Shown here: positions 19,876 to 31,478 of the stretch, in pieces | How positions within the stretch are numbered: position 1 is the first letter of the stretch | Layout: every line of letters starts with the position of its first letter | Source of the DNA: an uncultured Ruminococcus sp. | GTDB taxonomy: Bacteria > Bacillota > Clostridia > Oscillospirales > Ruminococcaceae | Length of the DNA: 47,838 nt | NCBI GenBank assembly: GCA_964399025.1 | Contig: CAYNPC010000001.1 | Coordinates: 1 to 47,838, forward strand | Direction of reading: 5' to 3' | Program-made: the position numbers and the translations under genes | Notes under the pieces: model-generated | What the model was told of the DNA's origin: nothing | Seen by the model: the letters and a program-made list of their open reading frames with translations, nothing else | The model's database searches: none

Positions 19876-20628
19876 TTACCGCCAACGTCTGGTTTCAAAT
19901 ACCCGTACTGTAAAGAAATTGAACAGCACTGCTGCACTGACATAAAGCAGTACACTGGAGAGATTGAACAATCCATAGGTAAAATCATAAATCCGGCTGA
20001 AGAAAGAAATCGACTCCATCGCAGACCCCAGTCCGCTCAACAACGTGCCGAGGAATGTGCTGCTGGCAGAAACGGTTTCTGCGGTGCTGGTAATCGTACC
20101 GCTCAGGTAGTCAATCACATACAGAACCACCAATGCGACAATGCCCAGAATATACGAAATAAACTGGTTTGCGGTAAAGGCAGAGAGGAACAATGTAATT
20201 GCCATGAAAGCAGCCCCCATCAAAAACAGGGCGATAAAGTTTGACAATACAATCGACCAGGCAACCGTGCCGAAAAAGCTCAGCAGGATAGCATAGACAA
20301 ATACGATTGCAATGCCCATTGCATAGACGGTCAGTGCGGCAAAATATTTTCCCAATACAATGCCACCCAGAGAAACCGGTGCGGTCAGAAGTCCTTGGTC
20401 TGTCTTCTGCGCGCGTTCTTCCGACAACAACCGCATGGTCAGCAGCGGCAGAACCAACACCATAATCAGACGCATCCACGCAAAATAGTTACTCATATCT
20501 GTTATGGCATAATTCAGACAGAACAGCCAGAACAGCAAGCCCGATCCCAGATAAAAAAACGTCAGAAAGACCGGACCGATGGCAGAGCTGAAAAATGCAC
20601 CCAGCTCTCTCCGATAAATCGCTCCCAT
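19876..20628 (-). CDS. ABC-2 type permease (GldF-like)
   Basis: AIYRREL..FF, PLLTMRLLSEER..KTD..LLTAPVS...IVLGKY, about 6 TMs. Confidence 0.92.
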   Translation of the reverse strand: MGAIYRRELGAFFSSAIGPVFLTFFYLGSGLLFWLFCLNYAITDMSNYFAWMRLIMVLVLPLLTMRLLSEERAQKTDQGLLTAPVSLGGIVLGKYFAALTVYAMGIAIVFVYAILLSFFGTVAWSIVLSNFIALFLMGAAFMAITLFLSAFTANQFISYILGIVALVVLYVIDYLSGTITSTAETVSASSTFLGTLLSGLGSAMESISFFSRIYDFTYGLFNLSSVLLYVSAAVLFNFFTVRVFETRRWR

Positions 20629-21669
20629 TTACTTTGCCTCCTCTTCCGTATTTTCCGGCTGATCCGTAGCAGGTGCTTGTTCTGCCGGTTTTGTCTGTTC
20701 TTGTTTTTGCGGGGTACTGTTTTCCTGTTCCGGAGACCAGTCACCCATTGTCACCTTGAGGAATACATCCTCCAGCGTCATGGCATCGCTTTCCATGCGA
20801 TAGATGTGCAGCCCGTTTGCCTGTGCCAGTTCATTGATGGCTTTCCGCAAATCGGCATTGCCGACCGGTTCGATGTCATAATCATACAAACCTGCTTCCG
20901 GCTGCTTGTCTGCCCGCACACTGCCAACGCCGTTGAGTTGCCGGATTGCCTGCAACACGGCTTCCCGTTCGCCGTCCAGCCGGACAGACAACCGATGGCT
21001 CTGTGACATGGACTGCGCCAAGGTGTCAATCGCACCATCTGCTACGATTTTGCCCTTGTTGATGATAATGACACGGTCACAGACTGCCTGAATTTCTGAC
21101 AGGATGTGAGAGGAAAGAATCACCGTGTGCCGTTTGCCGAGCCGTTTGATCAGCGACCGGATTTCAATCATCTGATTCGGGTCCAGACCAACGGTCGGTT
21201 CGTCCAGAATCAGAATCGGCGGATTGCCCACCAACGCCTGCGCCAGACCGACACGCTGCCGATACCCTTTGGAAAGATTCTTGATAATTCTGTTCTGCAC
21301 ATCTGCGATTTTACAGAGATTGCAGATTTCTGTCAGATGTGCTTTCCGTGGCAGCTTGCTCTTTTTCAGTTCATACACGAAGTTGAGATAACCCATTACC
21401 GTCATGTCCTGATAAAGTGGTGGCAACTCCGGCAGATAGCCGATGTCCCGTTTTGCCTTGATGGGGTTGTCCAGAATATCCGTCTCGTTAATCAGTGCTT
21501 CTCCAGAAGAAGAGCTGATATAGCCTGTCAGCATATTCATGGTCGTGGATTTACCAGCACCATTCGGCCCCAGAAATCCCACAATCTCACCGTCTTCCAC
21601 GGTGAAATTGATGTCATCAACCGCAAGATGGCTGCCATAACGTTTCGTTAAATGCTTTACCGTAATCAT
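20629..21669 (-). CDS. ABC transporter ATP-binding protein (GldA-like)
   Basis: GPNGAGKST, LSKGYRQRVG, ILDEPT. Confidence 0.95.
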   Translation of the reverse strand: MITVKHLTKRYGSHLAVDDINFTVEDGEIVGFLGPNGAGKSTTMNMLTGYISSSSGEALINETDILDNPIKAKRDIGYLPELPPLYQDMTVMGYLNFVYELKKSKLPRKAHLTEICNLCKIADVQNRIIKNLSKGYRQRVGLAQALVGNPPILILDEPTVGLDPNQMIEIRSLIKRLGKRHTVILSSHILSEIQAVCDRVIIINKGKIVADGAIDTLAQSMSQSHRLSVRLDGEREAVLQAIRQLNGVGSVRADKQPEAGLYDYDIEPVGNADLRKAINELAQANGLHIYRMESDAMTLEDVFLKVTMGDWSPEQENSTPQKQEQTKPAEQAPATDQPENTEEEAK

Positions 21670-21765
21670 GCGAAAAGAAGACCTCCTATTTTTTCGGTTT
21701 GCCGATGCAATACATAGGCAATCGAATCTATTATAGTGGTGTATTGTGAAAGTGGTGTGAAAATT

Positions 21766-23217
21766 TTACGAAAGCCGCTGTATTCCATCCTGAACCCGTG
21801 CCAAAGTGGCTTCTTTGCCCAGAATTGCACAGAGTTCAATGCCGCCGCCCGGTGTAAAGGACTTTCCGGAGAGGGCTGTCCGCAACGGCCAGAGCATCCA
21901 ACCGTTCTTCACGCCCATCTCTCCGATCTTTGCGAAGATTGCAGCGTGAATGCCATCCACTGTCCAGTCAGAGATGCTTTCCAGTACCGGCAGAACCGCT
22001 TCCAGTGCTTCCTTTGCGGTTTCCGGTGTGGTCTTCATCTTCTTGTGCCGATAGAGTTCTATATCATAATCCGGCAGGGCATCAATAAAGTCTACCTGTT
22101 CCGGAATATCGGTAAACAGTTCCGTTCTCGGCTGCAATACGTGACACAGCAGCTGCAAATCTGCGGTTTCGCTCTGCACGGTCTGCCGGATATACGGGAT
22201 TGCCTTTTCTGCAAATGCTTCCGGTGTCATCTTCCGGATGTATTCGCCGTTGATGGCTTTCAGCTTGACCGGATCAAACAGTGCCGGTGACTTGCTGATG
22301 CCAGAAATTTCAAATGCCTGTGCCAGCTCGTCCAGCGTATAGATTTCCTGTTCGCCAGTCGGTGCCCAGCCCAGCAGTGCGATAAAGTTGATGATGGCTT
22401 CCGGCAGGTAGCCCTTCTCCAGCAGATCCTGGAAAGAAGCATCGCCGTTTCGCTTGGAGAGCTTGTGGGTCTTGTCCTTCATAACCGGAGAGCAGTGGAT
22501 ATAGACCGGAACGTCCCAACCGAATGCCTGATACAGCAGATTGTACTTCGGTGCAGAAGAGAGGTACTCGTTTCCACGGATGACGTGTGTGATGCCCATC
22601 AGATGGTCGTCGACAACGTTGGCGAAGTTATATGTCGGCATACCGTCTGTTTTAATCAGAATCTGGTCATCCAGCGTGCTGTTTTCCACGGTAATATCGC
22701 CATATACTTCATCATGGAATGTGGTTGTGCCGGTCAGCGGCATTTTCTGCCGGATGACATACGGTACACCGGCATCCAGTTTTGCCTGGACTTCTTCCGG
22801 AGACAGGTCACGGCAGTGCCGGTCGTACATCGGCGCAATGTGAGAGGCTTCCTGAATTTTCCGGACTTCTTCCAGCCGTTCCTTGTCACAGAAACAGTAA
22901 TACGCATGACCGCTTTCTACCAGCTGTTCTGCGTAGCCCTTGAACATGCCCATCCGTTCGGATTGTACATAAGGGCCGACCGGTCCACCGATATCCGGAC
23001 CTTCGTCCCACTTCAGCCCTGCAATCCGCAGCGTATTATAGATAATATCAACTGCACCTTCTACATACCGTTCCTGATCGGTATCTTCAATCCGGAGAAT
23101 AAAATCTCCATCATATTTCTTTGCCAAAAGATAAGCGTACAATGCCGTCCGCAGATTTCCGATGTGCATATAGCCTGTCGGACTGGGGGCAAATCTTGTT
23201 CTGACCCGTTTTTCCAT
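21766..23217 (-). CDS. gltX: Glutamate--tRNA ligase (C-terminal part of an in-frame ribF-gltX ORF)
   Basis: [27 protein letters not shown]. Own ATG at 23217 preceded by AGGAAGGA. Confidence 0.95.
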   Translation of the reverse strand: MEKRVRTRFAPSPTGYMHIGNLRTALYAYLLAKKYDGDFILRIEDTDQERYVEGAVDIIYNTLRIAGLKWDEGPDIGGPVGPYVQSERMGMFKGYAEQLVESGHAYYCFCDKERLEEVRKIQEASHIAPMYDRHCRDLSPEEVQAKLDAGVPYVIRQKMPLTGTTTFHDEVYGDITVENSTLDDQILIKTDGMPTYNFANVVDDHLMGITHVIRGNEYLSSAPKYNLLYQAFGWDVPVYIHCSPVMKDKTHKLSKRNGDASFQDLLEKGYLPEAIINFIALLGWAPTGEQEIYTLDELAQAFEISGISKSPALFDPVKLKAINGEYIRKMTPEAFAEKAIPYIRQTVQSETADLQLLCHVLQPRTELFTDIPEQVDFIDALPDYDIELYRHKKMKTTPETAKEALEAVLPVLESISDWTVDGIHAAIFAKIGEMGVKNGWMLWPLRTALSGKSFTPGGGIELCAILGKEATLARVQDGIQRLS

Positions 23218-24141
23218 AGGAATAACTTCCTTCCTGTTTTCTTTTTTCTTTTCCACTGCCATAATATCAGACGCAATGGCAGCTTTCAACTGTTCTAAGC
23301 TGGAAAACTTCTGCTCTTTCCGCAGAAATTCCAACAATTGCACTTGACAGTGCGTATGGTATAAATCGCCTGTATAACCCAGCAGATGCGTTTCTGCCAC
23401 CGGCAGGTTTTCCTGTGAAACCGTCGGTTTCACGCCGACATTGGTCACACCGTCCCAGACACTGCCGTCCTGCAACACAACCTTTGCACGGTAGACCCCG
23501 TACATGGGCACCAGTTGTCCGGCTGCAAATGGCAGATTGATGGTCGGGAATTGCAGCTGCCGTCCCAGTGCTGCACCATGCTGCACCGTGCCAGCCAACT
23601 GATACGGCGCACCCAACAGCTGCGCTGCCTGTTCCACATTGCCCGATTGCAACAACTGCCGGATGATGCTGGACGAAATCACACAATCGTTCTGCCGGAC
23701 GGCTTCCACAACGGAAACCGTAAACCCGAACTGTCTGCCGAACGCCTGCAAATCTGCTACGTTCCACGCTGCGCCTTTGCCGAACCGGAAATCCGCACCA
23801 CAGAAAACGTTTCTTGCGTGCATCTTGTCATGCAGATAGGTGCGACAGAATGTTTCCCCATCCATCTCTGCAATTTCTGCAAACGTCGGACTGACCACCG
23901 CCGTCATACCACTTTGCAACAACAGCTGTTGTTTCACAGCATCCGGATACAGATAACACAACGGTTCTCCGTGTTTCATCTGAACAGACGTGGTCTGCAT
24001 GGTAAAGGCAACCGGTGACAGACCATCTTTCTGGCAGGCAACCGCTGCCGCCAGTACCGCACGGTGTCCCAGATGCACCCCATCAAATAAACCAAGTGCC
24101 ACAGCGGTCTGCGGTTGTTCCGTGGCGTTTTGCTGTATCAT
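23218..24141 (-). CDS. ribF: Riboflavin kinase/FAD synthetase; no stop codon, reads in frame into gltX
   Basis: [59 protein letters not shown] at 24141. Confidence 0.92.
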
Positions 24142-24184
24142 GTTCCAACCTCTTTTCCTGCGCAGGCTGTCCTGCAAAATATAG

Positions 24185-24200
24185 TGTTTCACGTGAAACA
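24185..24200. promoter_or_regulatory. parS site (ParB/Spo0J binding)
   Basis: TGTTTCACGTGAAACA, a perfect palindromic match to the TGTTNCACGTGAAACA consensus, intergenic. Confidence 0.92.
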
Positions 24201-24208
24201 CATCTGCA

Positions 24209-24224
24209 TGTTCCACGTGAAACA
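24209..24224. promoter_or_regulatory. parS site (ParB/Spo0J binding)
   Basis: TGTTCCACGTGAAACA, consensus match, 8 bp from the first site. Confidence 0.92.
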
Positions 24225-24230
24225 ACCTGC

Positions 24231-25124
24231 TCAGAATCGTTTTCCGATCCGCAGTTCTCCTTTTTCCCAATCTGCTGTTGCCGTGCCCAGAAAACCGCTT
24301 TCCCATCCGTAGACGGTATAAAGCGTCTGTGCCGGATTCACATGATGAATGCGGGCGAGATCCAGTTTGACCCCGTTCTGAAACATCCGTTCCTGTACCG
24401 CATTCAACCGCAATTTCGGATAAGCAGAAAACAGCGAATCGGTTGCCTGTAATTTTTCCGCAATCGTTCCATCTGCAACGGCGGCTGCGACTTCTTCAAA
24501 TGTCAGGCACTGTTCGAGTGTATATCCGCAGGCGGCGGTTCGTGTCAGTGCTGTCATCATCGCATCACCGCCCAATCGCTGCCCGATATCCGACAACAAG
24601 GTTCGGATATACGTGCCCTTTCCACAGGAAACCGTCAGGACAGCGGTCTGTGTGGTTTCCGAAAATGCTTCCAGCGTGATGGAATACACTTGCACCTGTC
24701 GGACAGGTCGTTCCACCGTCTCGCCTTTTCTGGCAAGCGCATAGAGTCGTTGCCCGTTGACAGAAACCGCAGAATACATCGGTGGCATCTGTGCAATTTC
24801 TCCGACAAAAGACGGCAGCACCGCACGAAGCTGTGCTTCTGTCACGTGCATCTCCGGATATTGCTGCAATACCGTTCCCCAGACATCCAACGTGTCGGTG
24901 GCTGTGCCGAACTGTACCGTGGCACGATACGTTTTGTCCTGATTGGGCAGAATGTCACACGCCTTGGTTGCCGTTCCCACCAGAACCGGCAGAACGCCGG
25001 TTGCCATTGGGTCAAGCGTTCCCGTATGTCCCAGCCGCTTCATATGCAGAATCCCCCGCAATTTGCCAATGACATCAAACGAAGTAAACTGCTGCGGTTT
25101 GTTCATGCAGAGAATGCCATTCAT
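24231..25124 (-). CDS. truB: tRNA pseudouridine(55) synthase
   Basis: [30 protein letters not shown]. Start at MNGIL. Confidence 0.96.
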   Translation of the reverse strand: MNGILCMNKPQQFTSFDVIGKLRGILHMKRLGHTGTLDPMATGVLPVLVGTATKACDILPNQDKTYRATVQFGTATDTLDVWGTVLQQYPEMHVTEAQLRAVLPSFVGEIAQMPPMYSAVSVNGQRLYALARKGETVERPVRQVQVYSITLEAFSETTQTAVLTVSCGKGTYIRTLLSDIGQRLGGDAMMTALTRTAACGYTLEQCLTFEEVAAAVADGTIAEKLQATDSLFSAYPKLRLNAVQERMFQNGVKLDLARIHHVNPAQTLYTVYGWESGFLGTATADWEKGELRIGKRF

Positions 25125-26080
25125 TGTGTTGCCAGACTCCTCTCTACTGCATCCACCAACTGTTGCCGGACGGTTTCTACTGTGCCCTCGATGCGGCAAC
25201 CAGCCGCTCTGACATGACCACCGCCACCGAACTGCTGGCAAATTGCAGAAACATCCACCTGATCGGTTGACCGCATGGAAATTTTAAATACACCCGGCTC
25301 TCTTTCTTTTATCGTGATGCCGACTTCAACGCCCTCAATCTGCAACGGAAAATTTGCCCAACCTTCTGCATCTTCCGGCTGTAGATGATTGGCTTCCAGA
25401 AACGCCAGCGTGATACAGATTACCATGCACTTCCCGTCCAGATAAGATTGCAGCTGTTGCATGAGTTCCTGTTCCAGATGCAATCGTTGCATACTTTTCA
25501 CGACGAACATGGCACGATTGATTTTATCATACGGCACATCTGGAAACTGTTCCATCAGATCCGCCACATGCCGCAATGTGCGAGGTGTGGTGTTGCTGTA
25601 CTGGAAACAGCCCGTATCCGTTGCCATGCCGGTATAAAGCCGCTTGACAATCTGTGTTGTCAGAGAAATCGGCAGCAATCTGCCGATTTCATATACAATT
25701 TCACAAGCGGAGGCGGCTTCTGCATCCAGACAGAGTTCTGTTGCAAACGGACAATGTGTCCGGTGATGGTCAATTGCCAACTGCACCCGATCGCCATAGA
25801 CGGCATCGAGATCGCCCAACAGTTTCCGGTCTGCCACGTCTACTGTCATGACGGTTGCCTGTTCTTCGTCCACAACATCCGGCACTTCGTCTTCTATCAG
25901 AAAAGAAAACCGTGGCAGAATGGGGTCACAGCACCGGACCACTGCGTGTTTTCCCATCAAGCGCAGCATCGCTGCCAGTGCATAACCGCTGCCGATGCAA
26001 TCGCCGTCCGGACTCTGATGAATCAGAATGATGACTTGTGTCTGTGCCTGTAGCCATGCGGCTGCTTCTGCCTTGTTCAT
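25121..26080 (-). CDS. nrnA: DHH family oligoribonuclease/pAp phosphatase NrnA
   Basis: H.SPDGD, IDHH, TDTG.F, GGGH..AAG. Confidence 0.9.
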   Translation of the reverse strand: MNKAEAAAWLQAQTQVIILIHQSPDGDCIGSGYALAAMLRLMGKHAVVRCCDPILPRFSFLIEDEVPDVVDEEQATVMTVDVADRKLLGDLDAVYGDRVQLAIDHHRTHCPFATELCLDAEAASACEIVYEIGRLLPISLTTQIVKRLYTGMATDTGCFQYSNTTPRTLRHVADLMEQFPDVPYDKINRAMFVVKSMQRLHLEQELMQQLQSYLDGKCMVICITLAFLEANHLQPEDAEGWANFPLQIEGVEVGITIKEREPGVFKISMRSTDQVDVSAICQQFGGGGHVRAAGCRIEGTVETVRQQLVDAVERSLATQ

Positions 26081-26445
26081 ACGGTTGTCTCCTCGTCGTC
26101 TTCTCCCAGATGCAGCGCATAGAGCTTCTGATTGATTTCCGCACTGTGTGCAATGGAATCATCTGCAATGAAATGCAATGCTGGTGACTTCCGCAGTTTC
26201 AGGCGGTGAAACAGTTCTCTCCGGAGAAATCCGGTTGCGCTGACCAGTCCGGCACAAGACTGTGTTGCCACTTCCATTCCCTGCAAACTGGAAACGTATA
26301 TTTTGCAATTGGACATATCGTTTGAGAGTTCCACTCTGACAATGGTCAGGAGCGGATCAATCCGAGGGTCTTTCAGCTCCCGCAGCAGGGCGGTCAGCTC
26401 CCGAAAAATATCCTCTTCTGTCCGGCTTGTTTTATAACTTGCCAT
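26077..26445 (-). CDS. rbfA: Ribosome-binding factor A
   Basis: LKDPRI, LRKSPALHFIADDS, position after infB. Confidence 0.95.
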   Translation of the reverse strand: MASYKTSRTEEDIFRELTALLRELKDPRIDPLLTIVRVELSNDMSNCKIYVSSLQGMEVATQSCAGLVSATGFLRRELFHRLKLRKSPALHFIADDSIAHSAEINQKLYALHLGEDDEETTV

Positions 26446-26491
26446 GTGCACGGCTCCTTTCTCTTATGGGCACGCTTTTTGAAAAGAACGT

Positions 26492-29053
26492 TTAATCCCG
26501 ATACTCTTCCATAATAAACGCCTCAAAAATGTCGCCTTCCTTGAAGTCACGGAACTTCTCCAGTGTAATACCGCACTCGTAGCTCTCGTTGACTTCCTTT
26601 ACGTCATCCTTGAACCGCTTCAGGCTGGACATCTTGTCTTCTGCAATGACAATGCCGTCCCGTACCACACGAATCTGGCACTGTCTGGTTACCTTGCCAC
26701 TCAGAACATACGCACCGGCAACAGCACCCACGCTGGAGATCTTGTAAACCTGCCGTACTTCAATCCGACCCATGACAACTTCCCGATACTTCGGTGCCAA
26801 CATGCCCTTCATCGCCGTCTGTACATCTTCGATTGCATCATAGATGACACGATACGTCCGGATTTCTACATGATCTCTTGCTGCAATTTCTTCTGCAACC
26901 GGATCTGGTCTGACGTTGAACCCAATGATAATCGCATTGGATGCGCTTGCCAACATAACATCGCTTTCCTTGATGCCGCCAACGCCACCGTGGATGACTC
27001 TGACCCGTACCTCGTCATTCTGGATTTTCTCCAGTGACTGCTTAACGGCTTCTACAGAGCCCTGTACGTCCGCCTTGACAACGATCGCCAGTTCCTTCAT
27101 CTCACCTTCTGCAATCTGACTGAACAGATTATCCAGTGTGACTTTCTGATATTCATTGAACTTTGCCTGCTTTGCTTCGTGCTTCCGCTGTTCTACCAGT
27201 GTCTTTGCAAGCCGTTCGTCTTCGACCGCATTAAAGATATCACCAGCTGCCGGCACTTCTGCCAGACCTGTGATTTCAACCGGCACAGACGGACCTGCTT
27301 CTGTTACAACAACGCCCTTGTCGTTTGTCATGACACGCACCTTGCCGACCGTCGTACCAGCCAGAATGACATCCCCTGTGTGCAGAGTACCGTTCTGTAC
27401 CAGCAATGTGGCAACAGGACCTCTGCCCTTGTCCAGACGTGCTTCTACGATAGTACCCTTTGCACGCCGGTTCGGGTTGGCTTTCAGTTCCCGCATTTCT
27501 GCAACCAGCAGAACGTTTTCCAGCAATTCATCAATGCCCTGTCCGGTCTTTGCAGAAACCGGTACACAGATGACATCGCCGCCCCAGTCTTCACAAACCA
27601 GATCATACTTGGTGAGTTCTTCCTTGACCCGATCCGGATTTGCGCCTTCTTTGTCCATCTTGTTGATGGCAACAATCAGAGAAACGCCAGCTGCCTTGGC
27701 ATGGTTGATGGATTCTACGGTCTGTGGCATAATACCATCGTCCGCAGCGACAACCAGAATGGCAATATCCGTGATGTTCGCACCTCTTGCACGCATTGCA
27801 GTAAAGGCTTCGTGTCCCGGTGTGTCGAGGAATGTGATTTCCTTGCCGTTGCAGGTTACCTGATATGCACCGATGTGCTGTGTGATACCGCCGGCTTCGC
27901 CTGCTGCGATATTGGCATGGCGGATATAGTCCAGAATAGAAGTCTTACCGTGGTCAACGTGACCCATGACAACAACGACCGGAGAACGTTCTTCGGTGTT
28001 ATCGGATTCGTCCTCTTCTTCAATCAGACGTTCTTCGATGGTCACAATGACTTCCTTTTCGACCTTTGCGCCCAGCTCTTCTGCAACCAGTGATGCGGTA
28101 TCGAAATCAATCTCTTCATTGATGGATGCCATAACACCCAGCATCATCAACTTCTTGATGACTTCGGTTGCCGTTACTTTCAGACGGCTTGCCAGTTCAC
28201 TGACCACGATGGTTTCCGGAATCCGCACTTTCAGCTGCTGCTTTCTTGCCTTTTCAAGTTCCAGCCGCCGCATCCGATCCTGTTCGGTTTCCCGCTTGTT
28301 GGAATACTTCTGCTTGTTGCGCTGTGCAGACTTCTGATTGATTTTCTGCTTCTTGGTGGAATAGTTATCCTTGCTGTACTTGCCAGCCGGCGCAATCTGC
28401 TCATACCGCTGGTTGTACTTATCCAGATCGACATAAGAGCCACGGGTATCAACCGTTCTACGCTTTTCTGTTGTCGTCGTGGTATCAGAAGAAATCTCCA
28501 CTTCTACCTTCAGCCGTTCCCCACGCTTCTGCGCCTTTGGCGGCTGTTTTTTCTGCTTCTTGTGATCCTCTGCCGGATGCTGCTGTGCATTGTTCTGCGG
28601 CTTTCCGGTTGTTGCTGTGGCAGCTGGTTTTACCGGCTGCTGGGCACGCTGCTGCGATTGTGGCTGCGGCTTCTGCTGCTTCTGCGACTGCTGCTGACCA
28701 TTCTGATTCTGCGGCGCAGTCTGCTGTTGCTTTTTCCGCTGCTCCTGCGGCTGTTTGTTATGATTCCGGTTCTGCTGCTGCTTCGCAGCTCTCTTATCTG
28801 TCCCTTTTTTCATAGCTTTTTGTGCCACCTCTTCCCTCGTATTATTTCTCGTTTCAAAATAAGCTGCGAAGTCTGTGACCTGTCGCTGTTGTGTGACATA
28901 CTCCAGTGCCAGATTGACCTCTTCCTCCGTCAGCCCACTGCTACTTTTTTTCTCCTCGCCATTTTCTAATTTGGCGAAGATGGCAATCAGTTCTGCCGGC
29001 GAAAGCTGCAACGTTTTTGCAACGTCACTCAGCTTCTGTTTTTTCATCATCAT
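26492..29053 (-). CDS. infB: Translation initiation factor IF-2
   Basis: [40 protein letters not shown]. Confidence 0.98.
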   Translation of the reverse strand: MMMKKQKLSDVAKTLQLSPAELIAIFAKLENGEEKKSSSGLTEEEVNLALEYVTQQRQVTDFAAYFETRNNTREEVAQKAMKKGTDKRAAKQQQNRNHNKQPQEQRKKQQQTAPQNQNGQQQSQKQQKPQPQSQQRAQQPVKPAATATTGKPQNNAQQHPAEDHKKQKKQPPKAQKRGERLKVEVEISSDTTTTTEKRRTVDTRGSYVDLDKYNQRYEQIAPAGKYSKDNYSTKKQKINQKSAQRNKQKYSNKRETEQDRMRRLELEKARKQQLKVRIPETIVVSELASRLKVTATEVIKKLMMLGVMASINEEIDFDTASLVAEELGAKVEKEVIVTIEERLIEEEDESDNTEERSPVVVVMGHVDHGKTSILDYIRHANIAAGEAGGITQHIGAYQVTCNGKEITFLDTPGHEAFTAMRARGANITDIAILVVAADDGIMPQTVESINHAKAAGVSLIVAINKMDKEGANPDRVKEELTKYDLVCEDWGGDVICVPVSAKTGQGIDELLENVLLVAEMRELKANPNRRAKGTIVEARLDKGRGPVATLLVQNGTLHTGDVILAGTTVGKVRVMTNDKGVVVTEAGPSVPVEITGLAEVPAAGDIFNAVEDERLAKTLVEQRKHEAKQAKFNEYQKVTLDNLFSQIAEGEMKELAIVVKADVQGSVEAVKQSLEKIQNDEVRVRVIHGGVGGIKESDVMLASASNAIIIGFNVRPDPVAEEIAARDHVEIRTYRVIYDAIEDVQTAMKGMLAPKYREVVMGRIEVRQVYKISSVGAVAGAYVLSGKVTRQCQIRVVRDGIVIAEDKMSSLKRFKDDVKEVNESYECGITLEKFRDFKEGDIFEAFIMEEYRD

Positions 29054-29370
29054 AGGCAACGCTCCCTTCCACAAAGTTCCCGGATGCGTTTTGCAAATCC
29101 TTTTTCACAGACGGTCAGAATACCGGCACGCTGTCCGAACAGCAACCGCACCTCTTCCATTTCCCAGTCTGTCTGTACCACCGGTATGCCGGCTCGTTCT
29201 GCATGGTACAATACTTCTTTCCGGCTTTTCTCTGAAAGATCTGCCGTCAGAAAGATACATGCTGCCCGTTTTCCGGTCATGGCATCCTTTGCCCGTGCAA
29301 AGCCTGCCTCCAGTTTTCCTGCCTTACGACAGATGGTCAGTAAGTTCCTGCAATTTTCTTGTAAGGGCAT
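29050..29370 (-). CDS. L7Ae/YlxQ-like RNA-binding protein
   Basis: [16 protein letters not shown], position between ylxR and infB. Start uncertain. Confidence 0.85.
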   Translation of the reverse strand: MPLQENCRNLLTICRKAGKLEAGFARAKDAMTGKRAACIFLTADLSEKSRKEVLYHAERAGIPVVQTDWEMEEVRLLFGQRAGILTVCEKGFAKRIRELCGRERCL

Positions 29371-29617
29371 CTTCCATCTCCTTATACTCCGCCGGCTGAA
29401 ACATCTGTACAAAGGCACGTTCTACCTTCCGGGTTTTTTTCGCCCTTTCCAGACAGGCAACATTTTTACAAAGATATGCGCCTCGTCCGGCTGTTTTTCC
29501 GGTTTCATCAATCAGAAAAGCCCCTTCCGGTGTCCGGACAATCCGAAGCAGTTCCTGTTTCGGCTTCCGTTCTCCGCAGCCCATACAGACCCGCAGCACT
29601 TCTTTTTTCTTTTTCAT
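29324..29617 (-). CDS. ylxR: YlxR/RnpM family protein
   Basis: RVCMGC...K.ELLRIVR, GRGAYLC. Confidence 0.92.
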   Translation of the reverse strand: MKKKKEVLRVCMGCGERKPKQELLRIVRTPEGAFLIDETGKTAGRGAYLCKNVACLERAKKTRKVERAFVQMFQPAEYKEMEDALTRKLQELTDHLS

Positions 29618-29623
29618 TCTGCT

Positions 29624-30910
29624 TTATTCTGCCTCCGTTGTGGCTGGTTCTGCTGTTTCCAACCCCAGATCCTCTACGATTTCGATGCCGTCTGATTCCT
29701 CGGTTGTAACGTGTTGCATCATTTCTGCCTCTTCCTGTGCAGCGGCTGCTTCCGCAGCAGCAACCAGTGCTTCTGCCTCGATGGATGCAGCAGCCTGTTC
29801 TGCAATGGCAGCTTCCTTGGCAGCGAGTTCCATTTTTGCCTCTTCGACTTTCTGTGCAATCATTTCTTCGTTTTCTGGTGTTGCTGCCTTGATGTCAATC
29901 TTGTAGCCAGTCAACTTGGCTGCCAGTTTTGCATTCTGTCCACGGTTGCCGATGGCAAGGGACAGCTGCTGTGCCGGTACGAGTACGCCGCAGAGCCGTT
30001 CTTCCGGATTGATGATGGTGACACTCTGTACCGTTGCCGGTGCCAATGCCTTGGCAATAAATTCTTCCGGCTGTTCGCTGTACGGAATGATGTCGATTTT
30101 TTCGCCGCTGAGCGACTTTACGACTGCATCAATTCTGGAATGCTTCGGACCGATACATGCGCTGACTGCATCGACATTCGGGTCATTGGACCAGACAGCG
30201 ATTTTTGTACGGGCACCGGCTTCTCTGGAAATGGCTTTGATTTCCACAACGCCATCGTAAATCTCCGGCACTTCCAGTTCGAACATCCGCTTGACCAGTT
30301 CCTTCCGGACACGGGAAATCTTGATGATCGGCTTTTTCTGCTTGTTGGCAATGTTGGTGACATAGACCATCACGCTCTGTCCCTCTTTCAGTTCCTCACC
30401 CGGAATCTGTTCATTGTGGAACAGGTAGATTTCTGTCTTGTCGTAAACCAAGGTTGCCGCACCGCCTTTTTCCACCTGTGTGACGGTACATGTGATGCAA
30501 TCATTTTCCTTATCCTGAAATTTGTCCAGAATCCGCTGCCGGTTGATGTCCCGCAGGTCGCCCTTGATGGACTGCTTTGCGGAGAGCGCAGCTGCCCGAC
30601 CGAACTGGCTGATATCCAACCGCTTCTGAATGTAATCTCCCACCTTGGCATTCGGATCAATGGTGCGTGCTGCTGCAATATTGATCTCGTTGTCATCAAT
30701 CGGTTCATCGTCGATGACTTCCTGCCGCAGATACATTTCAAACTTTCTGGTATCCGGATCAATCTCGACGGTGATGTTTTCTTCACTGTCCGGATACGCC
30801 TTTCTTGCGGCTTTCAACATAGCCGACTTTACCTTTTCAATCAGGGTTGCGCTGTCCAGACCATTTTCGCTGCCCAGCGTATCCAGTGCTTCAAAAAAAG
30901 CATTGTCCAT
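29624..30910 (-). CDS. nusA: Transcription factor NusA
   Basis: SREAGARTKIAV, GEKIDII, LSLAIGNRGQNAKLAAKLTGYKIDI. Confidence 0.97.
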   Translation of the reverse strand: MDNAFFEALDTLGSENGLDSATLIEKVKSAMLKAARKAYPDSEENITVEIDPDTRKFEMYLRQEVIDDEPIDDNEINIAAARTIDPNAKVGDYIQKRLDISQFGRAAALSAKQSIKGDLRDINRQRILDKFQDKENDCITCTVTQVEKGGAATLVYDKTEIYLFHNEQIPGEELKEGQSVMVYVTNIANKQKKPIIKISRVRKELVKRMFELEVPEIYDGVVEIKAISREAGARTKIAVWSNDPNVDAVSACIGPKHSRIDAVVKSLSGEKIDIIPYSEQPEEFIAKALAPATVQSVTIINPEERLCGVLVPAQQLSLAIGNRGQNAKLAAKLTGYKIDIKAATPENEEMIAQKVEEAKMELAAKEAAIAEQAAASIEAEALVAAAEAAAAQEEAEMMQHVTTEESDGIEIVEDLGLETAEPATTEAE

Positions 30911-30927
30911 TTTATGTGCCTCCAATT

Positions 30928-31404
30928 TTAAAATTCAAATGCCTCGTAACGTTTTACAAAGGTGAGTGCCGCAAGGGGCAGACTGACCGGACCGGTTTCT
31001 GTCTGCAACACCAGTGTGTCTGCTTCGCAGGATTGCAATGTGCCAATCCATTCCCGTTCGCCGTCAATCGGACGGATTGCACGGGCACGCACCTCTGTTC
31101 CCGCACCCTCTGCGAAGTGCCAGCTGCGGTTGAACTCCCGTTCCAGACCGGCAGAACCGACTTCCAGAATATAGTTCTGCGAAATCGGATCCAGCTTGTC
31201 AAGCAGCTGATTCACAGGTTCCGTCATCTTTTCGCAGTCCTCTATGGTGATGCCGTTTTCGTGATCAATAAAGATCCGGAGATACCAACAGGCACCTTCC
31301 TTTTCGAACCGCACATCCCAGATCCGGAAGCCGAACCCGTCTGCAATCGGTTTCACAGCATCATAAATCCGCTGCTCCGTTGCGCCGAATGCTTTCAGTT
31401 TCAT
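30928..31404 (-). CDS. rimP: Ribosome maturation factor RimP
   Basis: LRIFID..GITIEDCE, YILEVGSAGLER. Confidence 0.95.
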   Translation of the reverse strand: MKLKAFGATEQRIYDAVKPIADGFGFRIWDVRFEKEGACWYLRIFIDHENGITIEDCEKMTEPVNQLLDKLDPISQNYILEVGSAGLEREFNRSWHFAEGAGTEVRARAIRPIDGEREWIGTLQSCEADTLVLQTETGPVSLPLAALTFVKRYEAFEF

Positions 31405-31478
31405 ACGAATTGCTCCTTTCTGTATACACAAGTGCAAATATTCCGCTGGAGGGGCTGCAAAAACCCCCTACATAAACG

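Noticed and set aside
24142-24306. N-terminal extension of the 846-aa ORF
   Set aside because: Overlaps the truB 3' end and the parS sites; RibF homology begins after the ATG at 24141.
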